Positions 51,985 to 64,000 of a stretch of 64,000 nucleotides of DNA are shown piece after piece. A program made the position numbers and the translations under genes. Within the stretch, counting starts at the first letter, position 1; each line of letters starts with the position of its first letter. Source of the DNA: Octopus vulgaris. Its lineage: Eukaryota. The stretch covers positions 118,792,001-118,856,000 of the forward strand of contig OX597814.1 of assembly GCA_951406725.2 (NCBI GenBank). Direction: 5' to 3'. The notes under the pieces were generated by a model, which saw only the letters and a program-made list of their open reading frames with translations, had not been told where the DNA came from and did not search any database.

Positions 51985-52143
51985 TGCTTCTTTCAGCTTC
52001 CGTGTAAGAAATTCATTCACTGAGCTTTGGTCGGCATGAGGCTATAGTGGAAAACACTTACCCAGAGTGCCACGAAAGAGAACCTATCCCAGAACCATGT
52101 GGTTGGAAAGCAAGCTTCTTACCACACACCCACTCCTACGCCC
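51985..52143 (-). mobile_element. SINE family A, 5' half
   Basis: gcttctttcagcttcc...gaggctatagtggaaaacactt...aaccatgtggttggaaagcaagcttcttaccacacacccactcctacgcc. Confidence 0.88.
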
Positions 52144-52846
52144 ATTAGGAGATTTTTTTTCTTAATTTCAAATAATGTTGAAATGCGTTCTGTTAAATAT
52201 AACACGTGTATCTGGCATTAGTTATTGGCACTAGAATCTTCGGTAACATGTTCCCATACTTCAATTAACGTAAAGTAGCAATTCTTCATGCCGAGTCGGT
52301 CCAACTTGATTAGTTCTTGTTAAAGCTACAGAGATTATAATTAATAGTCTATTAGTGAGTAGTTTCTTTGTCACCAAATCTATTTAAAGTTCATTATTCC
52401 ATTCTCCACTGTCCAACATTTCTAGAAATATTTCCTTTATCAAATGGTTGTAGTTTTCTCATCTATGAACAAATAAAACATTTTTATTCAAGTTGTATTA
52501 AAATACAATGGCCATCATTATAATGTTAGAAAATCTTTGAATTTTCTAACAATGATTTTAAAGAAGATTTACAGCGTATTTTGGAATTCTTTACATGAAG
52601 ATAATAATAGACTCCATCAGTAAGTATCGATTAAACTTCGATGTTCTGTGAATAGACATACGAATATAGTGTCCCAAACAGAAAAATGCTGATGCTCTTT
52701 ATAATTATTTGTAATACAAGTAGTAAATATTTTTAATAAACTCATTAGCTCATTACCCAAAAAGATGTTGAGCGGGATATTGTTGATACATTTGAAATAA
52801 TAATGATTTATATACTTCTCTCCACTATACATACATACATACATGC

Positions 52847-52902
<56 letters not shown>

Positions 52903-53089
52903 ATAAACCCCAGCCTAGGACTTTGTTAATTTGTGTACCCTCCAGTGGGAACTAAATCCACAGGTAGTTGCACAATGGCAGCTGCAAATTGGGTACATGA
53001 TGACACGATCTTTTGAATTAATTATACCCTTCATTTCCACACGCTTTCCCCTTGACTAATAAATGTCATTCCTTTCCGTAGGTTTTTGT

Positions 53090-53520
53090 TCCCTTGCAGA
53101 TGGTTGACTCCATTTAGACATGTTTGTGGCCATGACTACTCATTGTTTTCATTAATGTCACATATCTGGAAGATTTGCCCGTCCTCTTGGTCGATTGCTC
53201 ACTATCACTGTAGAAGAGTTGCTTTGATAGTTTGTTGCCCTACATGTACACGAGATATCTTGACCATCTTAGCTGAGTCTCTGTTAGCACTGCATCTATG
53301 CTCGGCATCTTTATATCAAGAACTTTCGTATTCCAGACATACGCTATGGTGTTTAAGATGCGTCGTAGAGAATGCTGGCAAAAGTGATATTTTAACATGC
53401 TTGAGCTAAAGAGTCGCCGACTCGCATCCATACAACAATACACTCAGAACTACTCTCCAGTATACTGCGAACTCCCTCTTCAATTTCAAGGCCGTTTCAT
53501 TCCCTACATGCTTTTGGAGT
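53090..53520 (-). pseudogene. RTE-clade LINE C-terminal fragment
   Basis: HSLRRILNT...NTKVL...MPSIDAVLTETQLRWSRYLVYM*GNKLSKQLFYS matches RTE CLR.IL..N..VL...SI...L...QLRW.GH..RM...R.PK.LFY. Confidence 0.85.
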
Positions 53521-54001
53521 CAGCCATAAGAATCACTTGCCCGTGAGGCTTTCGGCATTGTAAAGGTCCTTGCCGTCTGTCATTATTTCGGACATTTGTG
53601 TTGTTTTACTAAGGCTATATGCTTTGTGTAGTGACTGTGGATTGCCTCTAGGTCCGCGATTAGTTTTGCTCTCTGTATAACCACAGTTGGGAGTAGTAGC
53701 CCAGACAGCTGAGGACAAAGTTTCTCCAAAGCAGAAGCATTGCGTTTTTGTTCCTGGTCTTCAAGGATCTAAGGAGCCAACCTGCCACCAGCCTGCATAG
53801 TGTTGCCATCTGAGCAATGTGTACACTGAAAGCTGCATCATTGCTCATGATGAGTCCTAGATTGCGCATCGACTCTAACTCTGGGATTACATTGCCTGCT
53901 GGTTCTGTTTACTTCCATTGTAGTTTATCTGTGGGCTGATAGTGAAGAGCTTGACATCTTTGGCATTATACTGCATATTATTCTCATCTGCCCGCTTATA
54001 T
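53521..54001 (-). pseudogene. CR1/Jockey-like LINE RT C-terminal fragment, cut by the assembly gap
   Basis: RNLGLIMSNDAAFSVHIAQMATLCRLVAGWLLRSLKTRNK...LWRNFVLSCLGYYSQLW is homologous to 31864-32150. Confidence 0.9.
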
Positions 54002-54101
54002 NNNNNNNNNNNNNNNNNNNNNNNNNNNNNNNNNNNNNNNNNNNNNNNNNNNNNNNNNNNNNNNNNNNNNNNNNNNNNNNNNNNNNNNNNNNNNNNNNNN
54101 N
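54002..54101. other. Assembly gap (100 N)
   Basis: Run of n. Confidence 1.
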
Positions 54102-54249
54102 CACAATATGGTATTAATGAACTGGCATTATTAATGCGGAATAGAGATTGCTGACACCACGTCAGGCATCTCTATTCCATATTAGTTATGTCAGATGATT
54201 AATATCGTATTATGGGTTACTGCCAAATCATCAGTGCGTTTCAGTTCTT

Positions 54250-54690
54250 TTCATCTTCTGTTGACGTTCGGAAATATCAAAAGAAATCATATAGGCTGTT
54301 AAGGAGCATGGTACATGTAGTAATATTAAAGCTTACCAGAATTTTGAGCAATAGTAGTATACACATACAATATCAAACTACAGACACGCAAACACACAGG
54401 TTGTCATATCAACACAAAACTGCATATTTCCAAAGGCAAACGTGATCTGTGAAAGCAGGAAGATACTAAATCGTCCAATTCCTATATAATACCTACTGGC
54501 CACCTGGGAAAATCGTTATCGGAACGCATGCCAGTACACCGGCAACAAATTAGAGCAACTAGTGACTGCCATTAAGCATTCATTTAGAAATATTTTGTAA
54601 TATAATATTTTCAAGACTTCGAATGTAAAATGTTACGGTTAAATTGAAATCAGAATAGTAAGAGAAATGAAAGTTTAAGGAGTTTGAACC
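54250..54690 (+). pseudogene. Degenerate Penelope-like GIY-YIG remnant
   Basis: GHLGKSLSERMPVHRQQIR resembles YIG.T..SL..R...HRQ.IR. Confidence 0.55.
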
Positions 54691-54707
54691 TAATCTCCAA
54701 AAATAAA

Positions 54708-54858
<151 letters not shown>

Positions 54859-54964
54859 ATAGCTATAGGCTCAAGACCGGAAATTTTGGTTGAAGTTGAA
54901 GCCAGAAGCATGTTACCCGTCGTGGCATCGATTCTACCAGTTCTCGTCTTATAAGGTATATTGA

Positions 54965-55147
54965 TTTCAAATTTTGGGACATTGCCACTAAAATCGAGGA
55001 AGGGGATAAAAGCGATTAAATCAGGCCCAGTGTTCAACTAGTACTTATTTTATCGACTCCGAAAGGATGAAAGGTAAAGTCGACCTTGGTGGAATTAGAA
55101 CACAGAATTTTCCGGTGTTCTAATAATTGTGCTAGCTCACCGCCTTA
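54965..55147 (-). mobile_element. SINE family B (B2-type tail), internally deleted
   Basis: gtacttattttatcgactccgaaaggatgaaaggtaaagtcgacc...gctagctcaccgcctt. Confidence 0.85.
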
Positions 55148-55348
55148 AACTATAACAATATTGACATTATTACTAATTCGTACGTGAATTAAATTTAATT
55201 TAAATGTATTTAACATGCGACTACTGTTTGGTGTATCATGTGTTTCTTAACATCTGACATACATATATCTATGTATGGCTACCTATCAATCATTCTCTCT
55301 CTTCCTCTCTCTCTCTTTCTCTCTCTCCTTCTCTCTCTCTCTCTATGC

Positions 55349-55485
<137 letters not shown>

Positions 55486-58271
55486 ACTCACACACATTCA
55501 GCGTTCTTTAACCCTCGGCATCGTGTAGGGAACTTTCTCAACACGCATTCTCGAAGCAAATTATTTTACAATCAAAATCACTATGTGTGCCGGACCGATA
55601 ATGTTTCCATTATTTGATCTGCTTTTAATTTGGTATGTTCATAAATTTGTGCGTATGTGTGCGTGAATATGTGTGTGTAGCCAGTGATCTATAAGTATAT
55701 ATATGCACGAGGAAACCCACGTTTCTCGAGCGAACTTAATTGTGTCATTAATTCCGGACATAGTTGCATACACACGCTCATAATATTTTACTATTTGAAA
55801 TGCAGTGAAATACTGACTTGCCCATTTGTCATGTGCAATGATCAGCCTTATTTTTCACCAATATTGATATATAATATACATAATATAATGCTTCTGTGAC
55901 AAGCGCTCATCCAGATAACTAAGAGTAGACGACACTCCAACATGTTATAGATCACTTTTGCAGCATTATATTGTCGTGTGTTATTAAAGCCTACAATTCA
56001 TTCTCGTATGATTCAATTATGTTCGGAAATTTCTACCTGAAAATGAGAAAAGTGGTATTCAATCCCGAAGTATAGATTGATATGTCGACCAAAATTTGGA
56101 GAGATTAAATGATCTGGGAATTATTTCACGCATATATGATATAAATAAATCAAACGAAAAAGACTTGACTGCTCATAAATTGAGGTATTCAACATTGGCA
56201 GAATTGAAATTGGTCAGGAGAATTGAAATTGCGAAGATCTTTCTTTTCTGTATGTCATTAACCGCACAATAGTAAGAACATACGGGGTTTGCATAAGTAA
56301 AATGTTACCCAACGTAGGTATTGAATTACGAATAATGTGTATTGAATGAAACGGAATGAAGTGGATGTATGCTGCTTGATGTGCAACGCTGCTATATAAT
56401 GAGAGCTGATTACAATTGAATTAAAGTGACAGAGCTAGTGTGAATCTCTTATTCAAATGCATGACAAGCTGGTTAAATTACATATAGGCAATTGAATCTC
56501 TGAAATAGATGGTTCACCCGCATTCCTGACCATAATAGTCAAATCAAAGAACACTGCTTACAACAAATATGACGATGTATGGTTAAGACAATGAAATAAT
56601 CGCTTTAATATATACAGGTAAACAAGCATATCTATTCAACATAGTCCAATGAAGAAACATAAATGTTAAGAATGAAGTATTCTTAAATTATATTCATTTG
56701 TTATTTGGAACAATAGTCGATCATGTGTATTGTGCATTATTCAAAATAAAAACGGAATTTTTCAATGGTGAACAGGAGAAATTGTGAGGTTGGTACAAAA
56801 TATGCAATGCTTGAAATATTATAGAAGGAAAGTTAGTTGAAGTTTCTTCGATGCAGAATAACGTTAACTGACAATAATTTGTTGAAGAAAATTTGCGAGC
56901 ACAGAGGATCGATCAATTAACAAAGTTATAGAACAAATGGATGATCATTGAACTTCATGGAACATTCGGTTGACGATTATAGCTATGGTGTTTATCGAAG
57001 GGAAGAAAAGATAAATGTGAAATTTCCACAGAATAGTTTATAGTTAGGGTAGAATCTTCCTACTAAGTTCTTTTATCAATATTTTAATGGAACATGCATC
57101 ACATTTCCTTGGATGTATGTGTTGATACGTTAAGGAAAGTGTGGTGCTGCAATTTAAAGTGTTTGCCGTGTCTAGGACACCATTGTTTCATGAGTGGTAC
57201 GTAGATATAAACGAGAACTCAAGAGGACATGTTCCATCTTACTTGAAAATGGCATTCACAAATAATATTCTTCACTCTTTATATGAACCACATACATACC
57301 TTGTGCGTTTGGTTGTGTATGGCGTGTGCATAAATATCATGCTAACTATTTTGATTGTTCAACGTTAGGTTGAAAGTCGGATCAACATTTATAGATTCGT
57401 GGTAAATATTCCTCTCTGGCTCAGATTGTTATAATGATTTCATAATTTGTCGTCTATCGATAGTTTCTTCCCGTGAGTTAATGGTGAATTATCAATTATT
57501 TATTAGATGAAGTTCTGGAACATTCTTCCACGAAGAAAGAAAAGTAGTCAATCAAGTCGAAATGGATAAATGTGAATTGTTTAGGCTTTTATTTATTTAT
57601 TCACTTATATATTTACTTATTTATTTATTTTAATTTCATTGAACTAATCAATTACCGAAAAAGGAATTCAATAAATCTATAATAGTTACGGCATTCATTC
57701 GTAAATTGCAATTTGTTGATTGTCCCGAGTCACGATTATTCAATCAAAGATACTAACTACTTCTAAATCACATTTGTCCGATTACATTAGTCCAAAATTG
57801 GAAGAATTATTAAATTTATTCAACAACTTTAATAAAAGCAGCGTTTTTCCTTTCCCTTTTCTTTCTTCATTCATTCATTCCCCCGTTTTATTTCCTTAAC
57901 GATAATGTGTTGCTCATTTGTTTTAATTACAATTATTGGAAAATAGAGTTATTTGTTTCAACAGACCAATCACTGTTTCATTTCTTATCTATGAAAGAGT
58001 TACAAAGAGTCACTGCTGCGTGATATCGCCATAAACATTCGTGGAAAGCACTGTATATTTTTCGGTTTTCGTTTCGATTTCTATCATACATTCGTATGTG
58101 TGTGTGTGCGTGTATGTGTGTGTGTGTATGTGTGTCTGTGTCTGTGTGTGTGCGTGCCTGTGTGTCTGTGTGTGTGTGCATACGCTTTTACAAGCACACA
58201 CAAACGCACACATGAACGGATGCACAAAAACACACACACAAAATACATACACTATGTGTGCGACGTGGATA

Positions 58272-58304
<33 letters not shown>

Positions 58305-58481
58305 GGCGTAGGAGTGGCTGTGTGGTAAATAGCTTGCTTACCAACAAATCACAAGGTTTGGGGTTCAGTCCCACTACGTGGCACCTTGGGCAAGTGTCTT
58401 CTACTATAGTCTGGGGCCGACCAAAGCCTTGTGAGTGGATTTGGTAGACGGAAACTGAAAGAAGCCTGTCGTATATATTTT

Positions 58482-58539
<58 letters not shown>

Positions 58540-58705
58540 ACATGTTTTTGTTTGTCCCCGCCCCCAAACATCGCTTGACAAAAGATGCTTGTATGTTTAC
58601 GTCCCTGTAACTTAATGGTTCGGCAAAAGTGATCGATAGAATAAGTACTAGGCTCACAAAGAATAAGTCCTGGAGTCGATTTGCTCGACTAAAGGCGGTG
58701 CTCCA
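58305..58705 (+). mobile_element. SINE family A, near full length (tail clipped)
   Basis: Colinear with 42157-42545. Confidence 0.95.
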
Positions 58706-58909
58706 AGGGGAATCGTTAGCTGACCTCATCCGTAGACGGGTTAATTTCTAAGAAATTAAACATTTTAGATCTCAACTGGATTATTTATTATTGCTGCCGG
58801 GAGCTGTTATGCCAAAGGTCGTAAATTTGATCGGTTGTAAGTCGGATAGGTCATAAGTTGACCTATACATATATAGAAAAATATATTATATATATATATG
58901 TGTGTGTGT

Positions 58910-59250
58910 GAAGGAGTATGGCTCAATGGTTAGAGCCTCAATCTTACGATCGTGTGGTTGTGAGTCGAATACCGGACCGGGCTGCGTGTTGTGTTCTTCA
59001 GCAAGACACTTTATTTCACGTTACTCAAGTTCACTCATCTGTAGAAATGTGTTGCGGCATCACTGGTGCCAGGTTCTATTGGCCTTTCCATTTCCCTTGG
59101 ATAACAGCGGTGGCTTGGAGATGGTATAACACTGGTGTCGTAGTATGCATGGGCGACTGCTGGTTTTTCATTATTAACCTTGCACGGACTTGTGCCTGGG
59201 AGGGAAACATTCTAGGTGGAATCCAATGGTCAGCCATGACCGAAGGGGGG
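58910..59250 (+). mobile_element. SINE family C (tRNA-derived)
   Basis: A-box-like tggctcaatggttagagc, degenerate B box gagtcgaatacc, then a tgtgttcttcagcaagacacttt conserved-core-like segment. Confidence 0.8.
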
Positions 59251-59256
59251 CTCAGC

Positions 59257-59319
<63 letters not shown>

Positions 59320-59389
59320 CAGAGAGACAGAGAGACAGACACAGAGAGAGAGACACAGAGAGACAGAGAGAGGGGAAAGATACACTTTA

Positions 59390-59545
59390 TTAACGCTGCA
59401 AAAACATCACAAAAACTATTAATCAGAGCTTCACGTTCCCGTTTGTCCGACAGTTTTGGTTTAGAATCTCACTCTAAAATATTGCTTTATATTATTACTC
59501 AACATCCGGTATTTGAGTACAGTTTTCTTCACCTTGTGTCGCAAT
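59390..59545. mobile_element. Decayed copy of the 21786 pseudo-LTR family, two pieces in opposite orientation
   Basis: cagagcttcacgttcccgtttgtccgacagtttt and tattactc..ggtatttgagtac..caccttg. Confidence 0.75.
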
Positions 59546-59963
59546 TATCTGCTCCCTTTGCTTTACCTTCCCCTCTCTCTCTCCCTCTTCCTCATCCTTC
59601 TCTCAGCCGCGTGTCTTCCTCTATCTATCTCTCTCTCTCTCTCACTCCTCCTCATTTTCGTCACTGCTAATCCTTTTGCACGTTGCTTTCAGGCCGTAAG
59701 GTCATGTTTCCATGCGCTCGCCAGTACCTCTTCCGTCCCAGCCAGAACAAAGGCCTTTCGTTTGTTTTTTTCGTTTGTTTTCTTGTTTATTTTGATTTCT
59801 CGTATTGTATTTTATTTCTCGTTTTGTATTTTCTTGTACATGTATTTTTATCTTGTATTTTATTGTGCTGTTCTATTGTTACGTCCCTTTTGTGTTACAT
59901 TTTTTCTTGCTTTTTTTTACCCCTCTGCGAGGTTATTTTATTTTAATTCTCTCGCAAGAAGGC

Positions 59964-60062
59964 CTAGTATTGACGAGTCGTGTCCTGTCTTGCCTTCGAA
60001 ACACGCTAAGTCTACTAGTGACAGCTGATGAAGGGGATTTTTCCTTGTGTAGCATGTCCTGT
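59964..60062 (+). ncRNA. Two adjacent imperfect type I hammerhead-like motifs in a pyrimidine-rich PLE-like 3' region
   Basis: CTAGTA-TTGACGA-g..c-GAA-ACacgctaaGT-C-TACTAG, then ACAG-CTGATGA-AGGGGattttTCCTT-gtgtagcat-GTC-CTGT (GAAA missing). Confidence 0.5.
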
Positions 60063-60922
60063 ACTTTGTTTTTCTGTTGTAAATAATGTTTTTCCCGTTT
60101 TCGTTCTCGTCCTGTTCCACGTCTCTATCTCTCTGTTGTAACAAAATGGCTTTTCCGTTTTCGTTTCTGTTGAGTTTTACGTCTTTTTGTGGTGTCCTGT
60201 ACGTATATATATTTATATATGCATGTATATATACATGTAGATGTCGGTACGTACATATATGTTTTTATGTATGCATATATTTTATTTATTACTCTGATAT
60301 ATATATATATATATGAATGGATATTCAACAGTTCAACACGTGCTGCATATGATTCAATCATTTATTTGCACGTAACGTGTTTGTTTCATCACTACTTTAT
60401 ATGCCAAATTGTCCGCCATCTGTGAACTATAATTATGAGCACAAACAAATAGTCATAAAAAACACTGAATAGTCCTAGTCCAAATAAAGCTCTGTACATA
60501 TTTATTTAATAAATTTGTGTATACTTCAATTCGGCAAGTTGTTCTGTCTGGTAACTGTCCCAGAAGACAAATTCTCTTCAGAGACATTATCAGGAAGAAC
60601 ATGAAGTGACGATATGATGGTGTTTATAACAGGTGTTTCTGTCCCTTTATTTTCGCCAGCCACGAATCCCGAAGTCTTTGTTCACAGTTCATTATGTACA
60701 GATTTTCTAAAAAAGAGATGTTATTCTGTGACATTTACGACAGTTTATTTATCCTGAGGAATTTGGTTCATTCACATTGCTTGACATAGGGCTTCCGTTT
60801 GTTAGTTATGTATTTATCTTTCAAAACCGCTTATTTAATACGTAACAGAGAAAATAAGACCGCCCTTGGTTGAATGCCTAGCCAAACTCTAATAAGTATT
60901 ACCTTCGGTTTCTGGCACTCTG

Positions 60923-61018
<96 letters not shown>

Positions 61019-61113
61019 AAATTAAATAAGGGTAGAAATTGATATTAATCAATAAAAACCAGTGGTCTAGTATATTTTAAAAAATCCGAAGATCAAAAAT
61101 TTTTTACATACAA

Positions 61114-61381
61114 AATTTAGAGGATTGACCACTAAAAGTGGACAACCTGTATACTAGAGATAGACGTCAAAATTGCCATTTTCCACGGAGAATGTGTTCT
61201 TAAGAACAAATTCAGCAAAATCGTTTTTTTTTTCGTATATTTTCATTTGTCTTGCTTATTTTTACGCTTTGGTTTTTTGCTGAATTTTTTCTTGAGAACA
61301 CATTCTCCGTGGAAAATGCTGATTTTGACGTCTATTTCTAGTATATAGGCTGTCCACTTTTAGTGGTCAATGATCTAAATT
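61114..61381. repeat. Fold-back: ~107-bp imperfect inverted arms with a ~54-bp T-rich spacer
   Basis: 61114-61220 versus 61275-61381. Confidence 0.93.
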
Positions 61382-61414
61382 CTCTCTCTCTCTGTCTCTC
61401 TCTCTCTCTATATA

Positions 61415-61452
<38 letters not shown>

Positions 61453-61456
61453 CATA

Positions 61457-63054
61457 CAGTGACGGCCAAAATGTTCAGAAAGGCATTGTTTTCGTCAGAA
61501 TAGTAGATATAATTTTTTATCAAAGTTGTTTTATATGCTATAATTTTCACAGACAATAGATACAATATCATTTGTTATTGCCTGAGATTTGGGTGTAATT
61601 TGAGAGGATAATACAAAAGTTATGGATGATTTAATGATTTACTGCAAAACCAATGGCGGTCAAATTGATCAGAACGGTTGCTTTTACTCCGTGTTTTAGT
61701 ATATTTAACCGGCGAACTCTAATGTTTTGAATTTGTTTACGTGACGATTCGTTTACTAAACATTAGTAAGAATATTTGCAGTGTACTTTGTTAATATAAT
61801 GCCACTTACTCCGTTACCAATTCGTCAGCAGATTATTAAGCTTTGAAGGAAGGATAATTTAAGTATTGGATCTATTGCAAATATTGTTAACAAATTGTAC
61901 ACGCTATCCTTAACGTCTACGATGATTGTGGTTCGTGTGAAGCAAGAAATTTTACAGGTAGGCCAAGAAAAACGACCAAGAAAGAAGATCGTGCTATGGT
62001 AAATTTGGTTAAAAAGGACAGATTTAAAACTGCTGTTGCTGTTTCTCGGAAAATCAGCATTGTATTAAAGTAAACTTTATCTCGAAAAACTGTGTCTCGT
62101 CGTTTAGTTGAACATGATCTACAACCAGAGCACCTGCAGTGAAGCCACTGATCAGCTCCAAGAATAAAAAGTGTCGTCTTACCTTTGCAACCAAACATGT
62201 GTTGTGGTTTCAAGAAAAATGGCAAACGGTGCATTTCAGTGATGAATCTAAGTTTATGTTATTTGGCTCAGATGGGAAAAGATACGTTCGTAGAAAAGTA
62301 GGTGAAAAATTGTCGACTAAATGCCTTAAAACTAGTGTTAAATTCGGTGGAGGAAGTATCATGGTTTGGGGGATGATATCTGGAGATGGTGTGGGCCCTT
62401 TGGTGCGATTACATGGAAAGGTAAATGCAGGAGTTTATAAATAACTTGTAAAAGATCATGTCTTGCCTGCGCTGAGAAATTCAACTAAGCGACCACCCAT
62501 ATTCATGCAGGACAATGCCCCATGTCACAAGGCTAAGGGGGTCATGAACTTCCTTAAGGCTGAAAAGGTTATTGTTATGGATTGGCCTGCTCAAAGCCCA
62601 GATCTCAATCCTATTGAAAATGTATGGAATATTCTAGGAGAACGTTCGAAAGCCAGAAACCCTAAAACAACCGAGCAATTATGGAATGCCCTTCAGGAAG
62701 TATGGAATAAGATCACCCAGCAAGAAATTGAAAATTTAATTTCCTCATGCAGTCAAAGATGTCAGAGTGTGATTGAAGCTAAATGGCTTCACACTAAATA
62801 TTAAATAATTCCAGTATTCTCTGTCATTTTTGATTATTTTGTTATGTTTTCAACCGTTCTGATCTTTTGGCCGCCATGGGTTTGCAGTAAATCATTAAAT
62901 CATCCATAACTTTTGCATTATCCTCTCAAATTACACCAAAATCGCAGACAATAACAATTAATATTGTATTTATTGTCTGTGAAAACTGCTTTGATAAAAA
63001 CTTATACTTATTTTTTTGACGAAAACAATGCCTTTCTGTACATTTTGGCCGCAA

Positions 63055-63057
<3 letters not shown>
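61457..63057 (+). mobile_element. Tc1-family DNA transposon, full length (1601 bp), IR/DR-type long TIRs, TA target
   Basis: TA|CAGTGACGGCC...GGCCGCAACTG|TA. TIRs at 61457-61680 and 62851-63057, each with outer and inner cggccaaaatgttcagaa-like direct repeats. Confidence 0.96.
61799..62804 (+). pseudogene. Tc1 transposase pseudogene (DD34E)
   Basis: MPLTPLPIRQQII.., GRPRKTT, FSDESKF, KFGGGSIMVWG, FMQDNAPCH...WPAQSPDLNPIENVW. There are 34 residues between the second D and E. In-frame stops and frameshifts. Confidence 0.95.
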
Positions 63058-63135
<78 letters not shown>

Positions 63136-63254
63136 TAAATAAGGGCAAAAGAAAAATCTCTTGCTGAAAATTAGACTTTAGAGCGTCTAACCACGTACAA
63201 TATTTTTCACTCTCAATGCACAGTGAGGAAAGCATGATAACAAAAGTTTTAAAA

Positions 63255-63760
63255 AAGTATAAATATTTACTTATGTGTGTATGTGTGCACATATATAATT
63301 ATGTGTGTGTATCAGTACACATCTTAATTTGTTTTCTGATTCATGACTTGATATTAATACCCTGTCTCTTTAAATGTAAGTTTTATCATCATTTTCTATA
63401 AATGCTTATCATTTACTATTATTACTTTGATATCCTTACCTATTGAACTCGTATACTTTACAATTGTTGCTCTTCTTAAACAGGAATTCTTCAGCTACTA
63501 TGTCTATGCAAGATGCTTATAATATATCCATATGAACGTATAAATATTTGCATATGTGTATATGTGCATATATGCATAACCTATTAACCTGTTAGACCTT
63601 ATAAATTGTTATCTTTCTTGTTCTTAAATAGATACTTTTTATTTACTTCAGTCTATGCGAGATGGTTATACTATATCCATATAAACGTATAAATATTTGT
63701 GTATGTGTGCATGTGTGCACATAGATAAATATGTGTGTGTATCTATACATATATTTATTT
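63255..63760 (+). repeat. Diverged local direct repeats
   Basis: gtctatgc.agatg.ttata.tatatccatat.aacgtataaatatttg at ~63502 and ~63652. tataaatattt..gtgtgcacata also occurs at ~63259. Confidence 0.75.
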
Positions 63761-64000
63761 TTTCCTAATTCTTGGGTTATTATTAATGTATAGATAGCAT
63801 GTTTATCTTTGCAGTTATTCCATAAGTAAATGCCCTGAGTAATAAGTAATTAATTAAGTAAATGAATGAATATTTAATTTATTCCTTGTAATCTTCCTTT
63901 TTTAAGGTTTATAATTGATATGTACACGCATTTATCTATTTTGGCTACGATATATTTTTTTAAAGACTTAAATTTTATTTTTATGCAACATAACAATATT

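Noticed and set aside
56280-57100. Possible decayed mariner element
   Set aside because: Only faint resemblance, with no paired TIRs or DDD motifs recoverable by eye.
57820-58060. Unique-looking TAAT/ATTA-rich stretch suggestive of an enhancer (also ~13840-14000, ~44640-44940)
   Set aside because: Short motifs are expected by chance in AT-rich DNA. Cross-species alignment or chromatin data would be needed.
63160-63205. CTGAAAA-TTAGAC...GTCTAA-ccacgta motif
   Set aside because: A stem II-like hairpin is present, but 3-8 is unpaired and GAAA is missing.

Overview
This is AT-rich, microsatellite-dense eukaryotic DNA. The SINE families resemble those of octopus/cephalopods (inferred from pattern recognition, not a database search). 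I cannot support any host exon, tRNA, rRNA or CRISPR array, and most ORFs in the track are translations of (TA)n/(CA)n/(GATA)n/(AAT)n repeats. The window is a transposon graveyard: three tRNA-derived SINE families, decayed LINEs (CR1/Jockey-like, RTE-like, L1/Tx1-like), many Penelope-like element (PLE) remnants (RT and GIY-YIG), a full-length defective Tc1 (DD34E, IR/DR ends) and non-autonomous Helitrons. The main unexplained structure is a set of about ten candidate minimal type I hammerhead ribozymes (HHRs) from several apparently unrelated repeat families. Most lie in fold-back or tandem units next to (TA)n tracts. Their 3-8 core pair occurs as C-G, U-A, G-C and possibly A-U, and several have palindromic stem III segments suited to dimeric cleavage. 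One sits at the tip of a ~140-nt rod inside a 363-bp retrozyme-like direct-repeat unit (46011-46461). Two SINE/LINE 3'-tail partnerships are also visible within the window. All folds were done by eye and none is tested.
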